DNA from: Clostridia bacterium
GTDB taxonomy: Bacteria > Bacillota > Clostridia > Christensenellales > Borkfalkiaceae
Direction: 5' to 3'
Assembly: GCA_017959995.1 (NCBI GenBank)
Contig: JAGCZN010000189.1
Location: 1-41,940, forward strand
DNA length: 41,940 bases
Below are positions 32,955 through 41,940 of this stretch, in pieces; within the stretch, counting starts at the first letter, position 1, and every line of letters begins with the position of its first letter. The notes under the pieces are model-generated. The model saw only the letters and a list, made by a program, of their open reading frames with translations. It searched no databases and was not told where the DNA came from. A program made the position numbers and the translations under genes.

Positions 32955-34766
32955 TTATTCGGAATCTATTTTAAGAATGGACATAAACGCTTCGCTCGGC
33001 ACTTCAACCGTTCCCAGCCTGCGCATCTTCTTCTTTCCCTCTTTCTGTTTTTCAAGAAGTTTCTTCTTTCTCGTTACGTCGCCGCCGTAACATTTGGCGA
33101 GAACGTCCTTCCGCAATGCCTTTACCGTTTCGCGCGCAATAACCTTGCCGCCTATGCACGCCTGAATGGGTATTTCGAACATCTGGCGGGGTATAACTTC
33201 TTTCAGCCTTTCGCCTATCGCCCTTCCGCGGGCGTACGCTTTTTCGCGGTGCACTATTACGGAAAGCGCGTCGCATATATCGCCGTTGAGCATCATATCC
33301 AATTTAACCAGGTCGCTTTTTTCGTAACCGTCAAGCTCGTAATCGAAAGAGGCGTAACCTTTGGTGCGGGATTTCAGTCCGTCGAAAAAGTCGTAAATTA
33401 TCTCGTTCAGCGGCAGTTTGTAAAGAAGCCGCACCCTGCCGGAATCGATGTACGTCATATCCGTGAAAACGCCGCGTTTTTCCTGGCACAGATCCATTAC
33501 CGGCCCAACGAAATCGGGCGGCGAATATATGCTTGCCTTAACGATGGGCTCTTCCATATAATCTATATCGGTTGCGGGCGGAAGATGCGAAGGATTGTTT
33601 ACCACCGTCATCGTGCCGTCGGTTTTGTAAACGTTATAAGAAACGGACGGCGCGGTAGTTATTATATCGAGATCGAATTCCCGCTCAATTCTCTGCTGTA
33701 TGATCTCCATGTGTAAAAGCCCCAGAAAACCGCAACGGAAGCCGAAGCCGAGCGCCGCGGAATTATCCGGTTCAAAAGTAAGCGATGCGTCGTTCAGTTT
33801 CAGTTTCATAAGGGCGTCTTTAAGGTCGTTGAACTTGCTTCCGTCAAGCGGATAAACGCCCGAAAACACCACGGGAAGCGCCTTTTTATAACCCGGCAGC
33901 GGTTCTTTCGCGGGGTTGTCCACCGAAGTTATAGTGTCTCCCACGGTGGTGTCCTGTATGGATTTGATGCTCGCCGCAATATAGCCCACTTCCCCTGCCG
34001 AAAGCGACGCTTTCGGCCTTAAACGAGGATCGAAAGTGCCCACTTCAACGACGTCGAAAACCTTACTTGAATTGAACGTTTTTATTTTAACGCCCGCGCG
34101 CACGGTTCCGTCTACGATTCTCACGAAACAGATAACGCCCTTGTAGTTATCGTAATAACTGTCGAATATAAGCGCTTTAAGCGGGGCGTCGTCGTCGCCT
34201 ACGGGCGGGGGGATCAGCTCTACTATCTGTTCGAGCACCTGATCTATATTAGTGCCCTCTTTCGCGGAAATTCTGGGGGCTTTGGAACCGTCCAGCCCAA
34301 TCACTTCCTCTATTTCCGCGGCCACTTCGTCGGGGCGGGCGGAAACGAGATCTATCTTGTTTATAACGGGCATTATTTCAAGGTTGTTATCCAGCGCGAG
34401 ATAGGTGTTTGCAAGCGTTTGCGCCTCTATCCCCTGCGACGCGTCCACTATAAGTATCGCGCCCTCGCACGCGGCGAGCGAGCGCGAAACCTCGTAAGTG
34501 AAGTCCACGTGACCGGGGGTATCGATCAGGTTAAAAACGTAACTCCGTCCGTCCTTTGCCGTATAGGACATTCTGACCGGCGTAAGTTTTATGGTTATGC
34601 CGCGTTCCCGCTCCAGATCCATTGAATCGAGAAGCTGATCTTCCATATCCCTTTCGGCCACCTGCCCCGTCATTTCGATGATTCTGTCGGCAAGGGTGGA
34701 CTTACCGTGATCGATATGCGCTATAATACAAAAATTTCTTATGTTGTTCTTTTCGGTCCTTGCCAT
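32955..34766 (-). CDS. lepA: Translation elongation factor 4
   Basis: 603 aa. [32 protein letters not shown], and the LepA-specific C-terminal domain. Confidence 0.96.
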   Translation of the reverse strand: MARTEKNNIRNFCIIAHIDHGKSTLADRIIEMTGQVAERDMEDQLLDSMDLERERGITIKLTPVRMSYTAKDGRSYVFNLIDTPGHVDFTYEVSRSLAACEGAILIVDASQGIEAQTLANTYLALDNNLEIMPVINKIDLVSARPDEVAAEIEEVIGLDGSKAPRISAKEGTNIDQVLEQIVELIPPPVGDDDAPLKALIFDSYYDNYKGVICFVRIVDGTVRAGVKIKTFNSSKVFDVVEVGTFDPRLRPKASLSAGEVGYIAASIKSIQDTTVGDTITSVDNPAKEPLPGYKKALPVVFSGVYPLDGSKFNDLKDALMKLKLNDASLTFEPDNSAALGFGFRCGFLGLLHMEIIQQRIEREFDLDIITTAPSVSYNVYKTDGTMTVVNNPSHLPPATDIDYMEEPIVKASIYSPPDFVGPVMDLCQEKRGVFTDMTYIDSGRVRLLYKLPLNEIIYDFFDGLKSRTKGYASFDYELDGYEKSDLVKLDMMLNGDICDALSVIVHREKAYARGRAIGERLKEVIPRQMFEIPIQACIGGKVIARETVKALRKDVLAKCYGGDVTRKKKLLEKQKEGKKKMRRLGTVEVPSEAFMSILKIDSE

Positions 34767-34804
34767 AATATATCGTAAATCAACCGCCTTTTTCGCGCAT
34801 TATC

Positions 34805-36298
34805 TCACTTTTCAAGCAATTTTACCCACGCGGGAACTTTCGTTACGAACTCTTCGTTCGTTTCCGTTTTGCTAAGCATATCCAAAAGCCTTTCCACGCC
34901 TTCTTCGCGCGTTATGAACCTGCGAACGAGGAAAGCGCAGTCCCGTTCTTTTTCGTTCAGAAGAAGTTCGTCCTTCCTGGTGCCGGAACCGTAAAGATCT
35001 ATGGCGGGGAATATCCTGCGCTCGGAAAGTTCGCGCGTTAAATGAATTTCCATATTTCCGGTTCCCTTGAATTCTTCGTAGATAACGTCGTCCATCTTGC
35101 TGCCCGTTTCGATAAGCGCGGTTGCAAGAACGGTAAGACTTCCGCCGTCTTCAATATTTCTGGCTGCGCCGAAAAACTTTTTGGGGGCTTGCAGCGCCGC
35201 GGGATCTATGCCGCCGGAAAGTATCTTGCCGCTGGAAGGCACCGCCTGGTTATACGCCCGGGTAAGGCGCGTTATGGAATCGAGAAGGATAACCACGTCC
35301 TTTCCGAGTTCCACCAGACGTTTCGCGCGCCACATGACAAGTTCGGCGGCGCGGATATGGTGTTCGGCGGGCTCGTCGAACGTGGAATACACCACTTCGC
35401 CCTTAACGCTGCGTTTCAGATCGGTAACTTCTTCGGGGCGTTCGTCGATAAGAAGCACTATAAGGTGCGCGGACGGGTGATTTTTTTCTATAGCCTGCGC
35501 TACCTTTTTCAAAAGCGTGGTCTTGCCCGTTTTCGGCGGAGCAACCACCAATCCCCTTTGCCCTTTACCGAGCGGGCAGAGAAGATCCATTATTCTCATA
35601 GTATAGTCGCCGCCGCCGTTTTCAAGGGTAAGACGCTCGTTGGGATAGCACGGAACGAGATCGTCGAAATTTCTTCTTTCCGTTCTCGGCGCAAGGCCGT
35701 TTACCGAAAGCACTTCCGTAAGCGACGAAGAGCCCGTTTCGCGCGTTCTCTCGGCGTAACCCACTACAAAATCGCCGCGGCGCAGCCAATATCCCCTTAC
35801 GGCCTGCCGGGATACGAACGTATCGCCGTTGGTGGAAGTTTCGTAATTTCTCGCCCGGAGAAAACCGTAACCGTCGGCATGAACTTCAAGTACGCCGCTT
35901 ACGGTATCCGAACGGCCGTCGGTTTCGCTGTCCTGCAATTTTTCCTTTTTTTCAAACTGCGGGGCGGGGCGGCTCTTCCGCGCGGCGTCTTCCGCCGCGG
36001 GATAACGCGGAACCGCGGCTTCGCTTTGGCGGCTTTCGCCCTGAACCGCGCTCGGGGCTTCGAAACGGTTTTCTTCGTAATCGCTTTCGGGCGTTTCAAA
36101 ACCGTTCGCAACACGGCCGGCAACCGCTTTCCTTCCGCGTTTGTTCCTTACGGGGATCTCGCCGTTTTGTATGTTTATTATATCGGAAATAAGTTCCTTT
36201 TTAGACTTCGTGCCCGGCGTGCCGCCGAGATCCCGAAGCAATTTTCTCAAATCGAAAATACCGTATCTGGAAAGTTCGTTTTCGGTTGTGTTTGCCAT
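34805..36298 (-). CDS. rho: Transcription termination factor Rho with a ~80-aa low-complexity N-terminal insertion
   Basis: 497 aa. Rho_N, CSD-like [14 protein letters not shown], Walker [41 protein letters not shown]. Confidence 0.93.
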   Translation of the reverse strand: MANTTENELSRYGIFDLRKLLRDLGGTPGTKSKKELISDIINIQNGEIPVRNKRGRKAVAGRVANGFETPESDYEENRFEAPSAVQGESRQSEAAVPRYPAAEDAARKSRPAPQFEKKEKLQDSETDGRSDTVSGVLEVHADGYGFLRARNYETSTNGDTFVSRQAVRGYWLRRGDFVVGYAERTRETGSSSLTEVLSVNGLAPRTERRNFDDLVPCYPNERLTLENGGGDYTMRIMDLLCPLGKGQRGLVVAPPKTGKTTLLKKVAQAIEKNHPSAHLIVLLIDERPEEVTDLKRSVKGEVVYSTFDEPAEHHIRAAELVMWRAKRLVELGKDVVILLDSITRLTRAYNQAVPSSGKILSGGIDPAALQAPKKFFGAARNIEDGGSLTVLATALIETGSKMDDVIYEEFKGTGNMEIHLTRELSERRIFPAIDLYGSGTRKDELLLNEKERDCAFLVRRFITREEGVERLLDMLSKTETNEEFVTKVPAWVKLLEK

Positions 36299-36319
36299 AA
36301 AATCCTCCTGAAATTCAAA

Positions 36320-36928
36320 TTAAAATTCAATAAAAGTAACCGGCGAAAAACCGTTGAGGTTTTCGGCGGTCAATTCAAAACTTTTTTTAACCGTTTTATA
36401 ACCGGGAAAATATCCGAGAAATTCCTCCGGTCCGGAAATATCTATAACCGAATTTTCCGTTTTGTAGTGCATGGGCACGGTAACGCGGGCCCCTATTTCT
36501 TTCGCGTAAGCCGCCGCCGCTTTTCCGTCAATCGTGTAATTGCCGCCGACGGGTAAAAACAAAACGTCCGCCCCGACTTTGAATTTTTCCGCGTTGCGAA
36601 CGGAAAAAGGTTCGCCCAGATCGCCCAGGTGCAAAAGACGCAACCCGTCTGCATCAAAGAAAAACGCGTTGTTTTTGCCGCGTTTTAACCCGTTCGCGTC
36701 ATCGTGAAAACAGGGTACGGCGGTAAACGGGCCGAAACTTGAAACTATCGTTTTTTTCGCGTTTACCCCACTGAAATTGTTATGGTCGAAATGCCCGTGG
36801 GAAGAGATAGCGTAATCGCAGTCAACGCGTTTCAAGCCGTAGCCTATGCCGCCGAAAGGATCGATAACCACGGAAAAAGACGCCCCCTTAACGAAAAAAC
36901 AGGAATGGCCGAGGTATTCTATTAACAT
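36320..36928 (-). CDS. Metallo-beta-lactamase fold hydrolase (UPF0173/YtkL-like)
   Basis: MLIEYLGHSCF, SHGHFDH metal motif. ATG at 36928 with GGAGG RBS, preferred over the TTG at 36934. Confidence 0.75.
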   Translation of the reverse strand: MLIEYLGHSCFFVKGASFSVVIDPFGGIGYGLKRVDCDYAISSHGHFDHNNFSGVNAKKTIVSSFGPFTAVPCFHDDANGLKRGKNNAFFFDADGLRLLHLGDLGEPFSVRNAEKFKVGADVLFLPVGGNYTIDGKAAAAYAKEIGARVTVPMHYKTENSVIDISGPEEFLGYFPGYKTVKKSFELTAENLNGFSPVTFIEF

Positions 36929-36993
36929 TTTCAACCTCCGGAAATGAAAGAATAAAGTTAAATTTTTAAGCGTGTGAAATTTTTATGCGCGTT

Positions 36994-37401
36994 TTATACG
37001 CGCGGGTACAGATCGAGTTTTTCCGCTTTAAGCGAAATATTGAACCTACTGCTTTTGCCGCCGAAATCGGTAATGTAATCGAGCTTCATATCAACGTTGC
37101 CGCCCGTTTCTTCGGCGGAAACGTCCAGAGTTTTAACTTCCACGGGTATCTCGCCGAACGCCGTTACGAGATTTGCCGAATACACTTTGTCTTTTTCGAA
37201 AGTGAGAACGGAATTCAGTTCGCCCTCGCGCGCGATGCTTATTATACCGTCGCCTATAACTATTTTCGTGGGATCGCTACTGTCCGCGTCCTCGTAACGG
37301 ACGGTAGTAAAACCGTATTCCCTCAAAACGCTGCCGAGGGTTATAACTTCGTTCGTCTCGCCGTCTATAGTGGATTTTATCGTAATTCTGTAGTCTTTCA
37401 T
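36994..37401 (-). CDS. DUF1934 (YwiB-like) beta-barrel protein
   Basis: 135 aa. Pattern I.IKST.DGE......G......Y.E........I......I.R.G.....L.F...K as in the YwiB family. This call is from memory of the family pattern only. Confidence 0.5.
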   Translation of the reverse strand: MKDYRITIKSTIDGETNEVITLGSVLREYGFTTVRYEDADSSDPTKIVIGDGIISIAREGELNSVLTFEKDKVYSANLVTAFGEIPVEVKTLDVSAEETGGNVDMKLDYITDFGGKSSRFNISLKAEKLDLYPRV

Positions 37402-37504
37402 AAGTATAAAATTCGGTTGCCGCCGAAAAAAACAAACCGTTTTCTAAAATAAACCGAAATACGGAAAACGCCTTTCACCGTTCCCTTAATACATTGTATA
37501 TTAT

Positions 37505-37533
37505 ATTATAGTATATTATTCGCATTTTGTAAA
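37505..37533 (-). promoter_or_regulatory. Near-consensus sigma-A promoter (TTTACA-17-TATAAT) for the DUF1934-MBL-rho cluster
   Basis: Minus strand: TTTACA at 37533-37528 and TATAAT at 37510-37505. Confidence 0.5.
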
Positions 37534-37579
37534 GAATTTTTAAGGCTTTGAAAATATTAACGGGCAGGATACCGGAAAT

Positions 37580-38461
37580 TCACGCGTTGCGCCCGTAAAC
37601 TTCGCCGTAAACGCGCCGCGCGAAAAGCCCCCCAACGTTTACGCCCGTAGCCTGCTGTATCCCCAGGAAAAACGCGTTGGAATTTACTTCGCAAAGATAC
37701 GGCGTTCCGTTTTCGTCGGTTATAACGTCGATACCCGCGTAGTCGAGGCCGAGAACTTCCGAAGCGCGCTCCGCAATGAATTTTTCCTCTTCGGTTACCC
37801 CGCAGGAAATTCCTATGCCGCCGCAGGCTACGTTGGACCGAAAGTCCTTTTCGTTTACGCGCAGCATAGATGCAACCGCCTTTCCGCCCACCGTAATTAT
37901 CCTTTTATCCTCTCCGCCCTTGCCTATGAATTTCTGGTAAACGTGTGGCGTGAGTTTAAGAGATTCCCGCAGCGCGGCGAGTTCTTCGCGGTTTTTTGCC
38001 AGATGAACGCCCGCGCCCATCGAACCGTAAACCTCCTTTACCACCACGGGGTACGGCATTTCTTCTTCCACGCGGCATAAAAAGGCGCTTTCGGTAACGG
38101 GGCGGTACATCACGGGCGAAGAGATGGTTTTGGGCATGCGTATCCCGCTTTCCGAAAGGGCGATAAAGGTGAGCATTTTATCGTCGCAAAGCGCTATGGA
38201 TTTTGCGCTGTTAAACAACCGCAAACCGCCTTTTTCAAGCATTAACGCCGTGTGAACGTCCTTATCGAAATATACGGCGAAATCGTAACCGCAGCTTTTT
38301 AAGCGCACGCCGTTTCCCTCTATAAAGCATAATACCGAGCCGCTTTTTACAACTTCGGCCGAAACGCCCAAAGTAAAAAACTCAGATTTGAGCGAAGATA
38401 CCTGATGCTCTATCGAGGGATTGGTATAAAATCCGTTTATAATTATTGCGCATTTTTTCAT
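37580..38461 (-). CDS. RimK-type ATP-grasp ligase
   Basis: 293 aa. ATP-grasp layout: YPVVVKEVYGSMGAGVHL, YQKFI, and DVITDENGTPYLCEVNSN (Mg-ATP site E-x-N). Confidence 0.7.
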   Translation of the reverse strand: MKKCAIIINGFYTNPSIEHQVSSLKSEFFTLGVSAEVVKSGSVLCFIEGNGVRLKSCGYDFAVYFDKDVHTALMLEKGGLRLFNSAKSIALCDDKMLTFIALSESGIRMPKTISSPVMYRPVTESAFLCRVEEEMPYPVVVKEVYGSMGAGVHLAKNREELAALRESLKLTPHVYQKFIGKGGEDKRIITVGGKAVASMLRVNEKDFRSNVACGGIGISCGVTEEEKFIAERASEVLGLDYAGIDVITDENGTPYLCEVNSNAFFLGIQQATGVNVGGLFARRVYGEVYGRNA

Positions 38462-38474
38462 AAAACCACCTGAA

Positions 38475-40010
38475 TCACGCCTTATCCGCGGTTTTGTATT
38501 TTTTTATAATCGCTTCGGCAACCCTTATGCCGTCCGCCGCGGCGCTGGTTATTCCGCCGGCGTAGCCCGCTCCTTCGCCGCAGGGGTAAAGGTTTTCCGC
38601 CGATACCGAGGCGAAATTTTCACCGCGGACGATACGCACTGGCGAGGAAGTGCGGCTTTCAACGCCGGAAAGAAGCGCTCCGCCGTCCGCAAAGCCTTTC
38701 AGCCGTCTGTCCATATCCGCTATGCCCGCGGCTATGGCAAGGGAAAGTTTTTCGGGAAGTAAACCGTACAGCGGATAAGGGGTAACGCCGCGCGCATACG
38801 TGGGTTTAACAAGCGTGCCCGTTGAATTTACCCCCGTTTTTCGCGTAAAATCGGCATAAGTACAAGCCGGCGCGGAATAATTGCCGCCGCCTGCTTCAAA
38901 CGCTTTCCTCTCGAGCGCACGCTGAAACTCAACGCCCGCAAGCGCCCCGCCGGAAGGGAAATCTTCTATCCTTACCTCGGCTACCACGGCGCTGTTCGCG
39001 TTGGTACCGTTACGCAGATAATTGCTCATTCCGTTGGTAACCACGCCGCCTTCTTCGCTTGCCGCGGGAATGACCGTTCCGCCCGGGCACATACAGAAAG
39101 TAAACACGCTTCTGTCGGACGCGTGGCTTACGAGTTTATAGTCGGCCGGCGGTAAAAGCGGGGCGTAAGCGCCGTATTGCGCCCTGCTTATAAGTTCCTG
39201 CGGGTGTTCTATCCGGAAACCTACGGCAAACGCCTTTTTTTCCATTGCCACACCGCGGCCGAAAAGCATTTCGAACGTATCGCGCGCGCTGTGCCCAACC
39301 GCTAAAACCACCTCGTCAAAATCGCCGCCGCGGGGAAGTTTTACCGAGGCGATCCGTCCGTTTTCTATTCTGATATCTTCTAATTTTTCGTTGAATCTCA
39401 CTTCGCCGCCGAGAGAAATTATCCCGTTCCTTATTGCTTTTACAACGGCGGGCAATCTGTCGCTACCTACGTGCGGACGGTATAAATATTCAACTTCTTC
39501 GGGCGCGCCGAAAGCAACGAAATCCCGTAAAACGCGCGTAATCAGGGGGTTGTTTACTTGCGTGTTCAATTTTCCGTCGGAAAAAGTTCCGGCCCCGCCC
39601 TCGCCGAACTGCGCGTTGCTTTCCGCATTCAGGGCACCGGAAGAAAAGAAGGCGGAAACGTCTTTCGCCCTTTCGTCAACGCTTTTACCCCTTTCGATAA
39701 GCGTAACCTTCATACCTCCGCGCGCAAGATACAGCGCGGAAAAAAGCCCCGCGGGGCCGCTGCCCACAACCAGAACGCGCGCGGGTTTATCCGCGTGAAG
39801 ATACGCGGGCGGAATCTCCTCGAAACGCTCGGATACGTCCGCCGTGTAAACCCATTTTATATCGCGCTTGTCGCGCGCATCCAACGATTTACGTACTATC
39901 CTGAAATACGTTCCGTCGCTTTCACGTATTTTCGCAAGGCGTAAAATCTTTGATTTAAGGGCTTTTTCGCTTTCGCCTACACGCAGGGTAACGCCGCTTA
40001 TCCGTTTCAT
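38475..40010 (-). CDS. FAD-dependent oxidoreductase (COG2509-type)
   Basis: 511 aa. Dinucleotide-binding VLVVGSGPAGLFSALYLARGG...LIERG. C-terminal CGEGAGYAGGITSAAADG motif typical of this family. Confidence 0.75.
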   Translation of the reverse strand: MKRISGVTLRVGESEKALKSKILRLAKIRESDGTYFRIVRKSLDARDKRDIKWVYTADVSERFEEIPPAYLHADKPARVLVVGSGPAGLFSALYLARGGMKVTLIERGKSVDERAKDVSAFFSSGALNAESNAQFGEGGAGTFSDGKLNTQVNNPLITRVLRDFVAFGAPEEVEYLYRPHVGSDRLPAVVKAIRNGIISLGGEVRFNEKLEDIRIENGRIASVKLPRGGDFDEVVLAVGHSARDTFEMLFGRGVAMEKKAFAVGFRIEHPQELISRAQYGAYAPLLPPADYKLVSHASDRSVFTFCMCPGGTVIPAASEEGGVVTNGMSNYLRNGTNANSAVVAEVRIEDFPSGGALAGVEFQRALERKAFEAGGGNYSAPACTYADFTRKTGVNSTGTLVKPTYARGVTPYPLYGLLPEKLSLAIAAGIADMDRRLKGFADGGALLSGVESRTSSPVRIVRGENFASVSAENLYPCGEGAGYAGGITSAAADGIRVAEAIIKKYKTADKA

Positions 40011-40579
40011 TCCGTCTTCTCCGTAAGCGTTCTCAACGCTCTGCCGCGGTGGCTCACCGCGTTTTTTTCCTCTTCCGTTGCCCTGCCGAACGACTTGTTC
40101 AGGTCATTGCTGAAAAACAAAGCGTCGTAACCGAAGCCGCCGAAGCCGTCTTCCGCTTCGAGAATACGCCCTTCCGCGTACCCTTCGGCCGAAACGATCT
40201 TTCCCTTATCGTAAAGCACCACGCAGCACACGAAACGGGCGGAACGGTCCTTTACGCCTTGCATATTTTTAAGAAGAAGCGCCCTGTTTCGCGCGTTATC
40301 GCACGGTTCGCCGGAATACCTCGCGCTGAAAACGCCCGGCGCGCCGCCGAGTGCCTTAACCTCTAAACCGCTGTCGTCGGCAAGGGCGGGCATTCCGAGC
40401 GCTTCGGATACGGTTTTCGCCTTTATAAGCGCGTTTTCGAAAAAGGTGCCGCCCGTTTCTTCAACGTCGCCCGAAAAGCCGGCTTCCGCCATTGGTATCA
40501 CGGCGTAACCGTCGCCTAAAATATCTTTTATCTCTTTGAGTTTGCCCGCGTTGGACGTGGCCGCCACTATCTTTTTCAT
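40007..40579 (-). CDS. rdgB: Non-canonical purine NTP pyrophosphatase (RdgB/HAM1 family)
   Basis: MKKIVAATSNAGKLKEI, ADDSGLEV, GAPGVFSARY, GFGYDALF, SHRGRAL. ATG at 40579 preferred over the TTG at 40600. Stop overlaps the start of the FAD protein gene by 4 nt. Confidence 0.87.
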   Translation of the reverse strand: MKKIVAATSNAGKLKEIKDILGDGYAVIPMAEAGFSGDVEETGGTFFENALIKAKTVSEALGMPALADDSGLEVKALGGAPGVFSARYSGEPCDNARNRALLLKNMQGVKDRSARFVCCVVLYDKGKIVSAEGYAEGRILEAEDGFGGFGYDALFFSNDLNKSFGRATEEEKNAVSHRGRALRTLTEKTE

Positions 40580-40672
40580 ATCTGAAACAGTATAGCACAA
40601 CGCGCGGGAAATTGTAAAGTAATTGAGTTTTATATTTTTTAAGGCAAATTTATAAATTGTTACTTAAAACGA

Positions 40673-40701
40673 TTGACATATACCCCGCATTATTATATAA
40701 T
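40673..40701 (+). promoter_or_regulatory. Consensus sigma-A promoter (TTGACA-17-TATAAT) for the regulator/pot operon
   Basis: TTGACA at 40673-40678 and TATAAT at 40696-40701. Confidence 0.55.
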
Positions 40702-40799
40702 TCAATCCGTCGGTTTAATTTTGCTAAACTTCCGGTTTACAAGCGCCACCTGCGGGTAAACTTAAGGTTTAGCGATTCTAATCTTAAATCGGAGGAATT

Positions 40800-41333
40800 A
40801 TGGAAATAGGTAAAAAGATCAAACGGCTGAGGATTCTGTGCAATCTGACGCAGAAGGAACTTGCCGACCGATGCGAACTTACCAAAGGTTATATTTCTCA
40901 GCTTGAAAACGACCTTACGAGCCCTTCCATCACCACGCTGGTTGATATTCTTTCGGCGCTGGGCACGGATATAAACAAGTTTTTCAGTGACGAGGTGCAA
41001 AGCAGAATCGTTTTCAACGAAAACGATTTTATAGAAAAAGTTTCGGAAGAATCCACGCTTGAATGGTTGGTTCCCAACGCGCAGAAAAACAATATGGAAC
41101 CCGTTATGATGGAGCTTAACCCCCTGTCTTCAACCCCGCGCGATATGCCGCACGAAGGCGAGGAGTTCGGATACGTACTTTCGGGCGAAATAGAGATAAT
41201 ACTGGATAAAAACCATTACGTTTGCAAAAAAGGCGAAAGCTTTTATTACGTAGCCGACAGGTTGCACTACATAAAGAACAACAAACAGAAACCGGCAAAA
41301 TTTATATGGATTTCTTCCCCGCCGAACTTCTGA
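40800..41333 (+). CDS. XRE-family HTH plus cupin-domain transcriptional regulator (PuuR-like)
   Basis: 177 aa. IGKKIKRLRILCNLTQKELADRCELTKGYISQLEND HTH. C-terminal cupin (HEGEEFGYVLSGEIEI...GESFYY). Immediately upstream of potA. Confidence 0.8.
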   Translation: MEIGKKIKRLRILCNLTQKELADRCELTKGYISQLENDLTSPSITTLVDILSALGTDINKFFSDEVQSRIVFNENDFIEKVSEESTLEWLVPNAQKNNMEPVMMELNPLSSTPRDMPHEGEEFGYVLSGEIEIILDKNHYVCKKGESFYYVADRLHYIKNNKQKPAKFIWISSPPNF

Positions 41334-41357
41334 TAACGCTTACGCTAAGGAGAAAAT

Positions 41358-41940
41358 ATGGACGAGAAAATTATTGAGCTTATCGGCGTTTCGAGAGAAT
41401 ATGATTCGACTCTTGCGGTAGACAATATAGATCTTTACGTTAAAAAGGGAGAATTCGTTACCTTTTTGGGCCCTTCCGGCTGCGGCAAGACCACTACGCT
41501 GAGAATGATAGCGGGTTTTGAAATGCCGTCTGCCGGTCAAATCCTTCTCAACGGGAAGGACATTACCAAAATCCCCCCGTACGAAAGGCCGATAAACACC
41601 GTTTTTCAAAGATACGCTCTGTTCCCCCACATGAACGTTTTCGACAATATCGCCTACGGCCTTAAACTGAAAAAAGTTACCGCCGTTTACCAAAACGAAC
41701 AGGGCGAACGCATAGAGAGAAAGGAAAAACTTTCAAAAAGCGAAATTTCCGAAAAGGTAAAGAGGGTTCTGAAACTCGTTGACCTTGAAGAATTCGAAAA
41801 GAGAGACGTCACCACGCTTTCCGGCGGGCAACAGCAGAGAGTTGCCATAGCGAGGGCGATAGTAAACGAGCCCGAAATACTTCTTCTTGACGAGCCGCTC
41901 GGCGCGCTTGACCTTAAAATGCGCAAGGATATGCAGCTTG
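41358..41940 (+). CDS. potA: Spermidine/putrescine ABC transporter ATP-binding protein (5' part; continues beyond the window)
   Basis: Absent from the ORF track because no stop falls inside the window. ATG at 41358 with [24 protein letters not shown]..., Walker [11 protein letters not shown]-loop [25 protein letters not shown], Walker [12 protein letters not shown]. Confidence 0.88.
   Translation, partial: MDEKIIELIGVSREYDSTLAVDNIDLYVKKGEFVTFLGPSGCGKTTTLRMIAGFEMPSAGQILLNGKDITKIPPYERPINTVFQRYALFPHMNVFDNIAYGLKLKKVTAVYQNEQGERIERKEKLSKSEISEKVKRVLKLVDLEEFEKRDVTTLSGGQQQRVAIARAIVNEPEILLLDEPLGALDLKMRKDMQL

Overview
This is a 41.9-kb chromosomal segment, probably from a Gram-positive anaerobe of the class Clostridia. 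That placement is an inference from Firmicute-type gene orders (mrnC-rlmB-sigH, dnaX-ybaB-recR, lepA-hemW), lipoprotein lipoboxes and strong GGAGG ribosome-binding sites. I count about 39 protein genes, 34 of them on the minus strand. I saw no rRNA, tRNA, CRISPR array, transposase or integrase. From left to right on the plus strand, the content is: (1) two tandem phosphofructokinases, one PPi-type and one ATP-type; (2) a five-gene Opp/Dpp-type ABC importer with several non-canonical features; (3) two small orphan membrane proteins; (4) a tandem-OB SSB-like protein plus a polysaccharide deacetylase; (5) recR-ybaB-dnaX-sigH-rlmB-mrnC; (6) a collagen-like/BspA-LRR surface lipoprotein; (7) an MscS channel preceded by an 894-aa membrane-anchored protein made of nine Fn3-like repeats; (8) a Y-family polymerase/YolD-like cassette; (9) a sirtuin, pyrR, a membrane-anchored XRE regulator, an esterase and an HtrA-like lipoprotein protease; (10) hemW-lepA-rho-MBL hydrolase-DUF1934; (11) a RimK-like ATP-grasp protein, a COG2509 FAD protein and rdgB; (12) a PuuR-like regulator and the 5' end of potA. 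The best candidates for something undescribed are three. First, the atypical Opp-type importer, which has an 801-aa binding protein, a permease with a ~380-aa extracytoplasmic insert, an N-extended ATPase and a translationally coupled tail-anchored mini-protein. Second, the Fn3-like super-repeat protein co-oriented with MscS. Third, an A7 slippery run in dnaX at the tau/gamma boundary, with a -1-frame stop seven codons later. All functional calls rest on motif recognition by eye. No database search was run.
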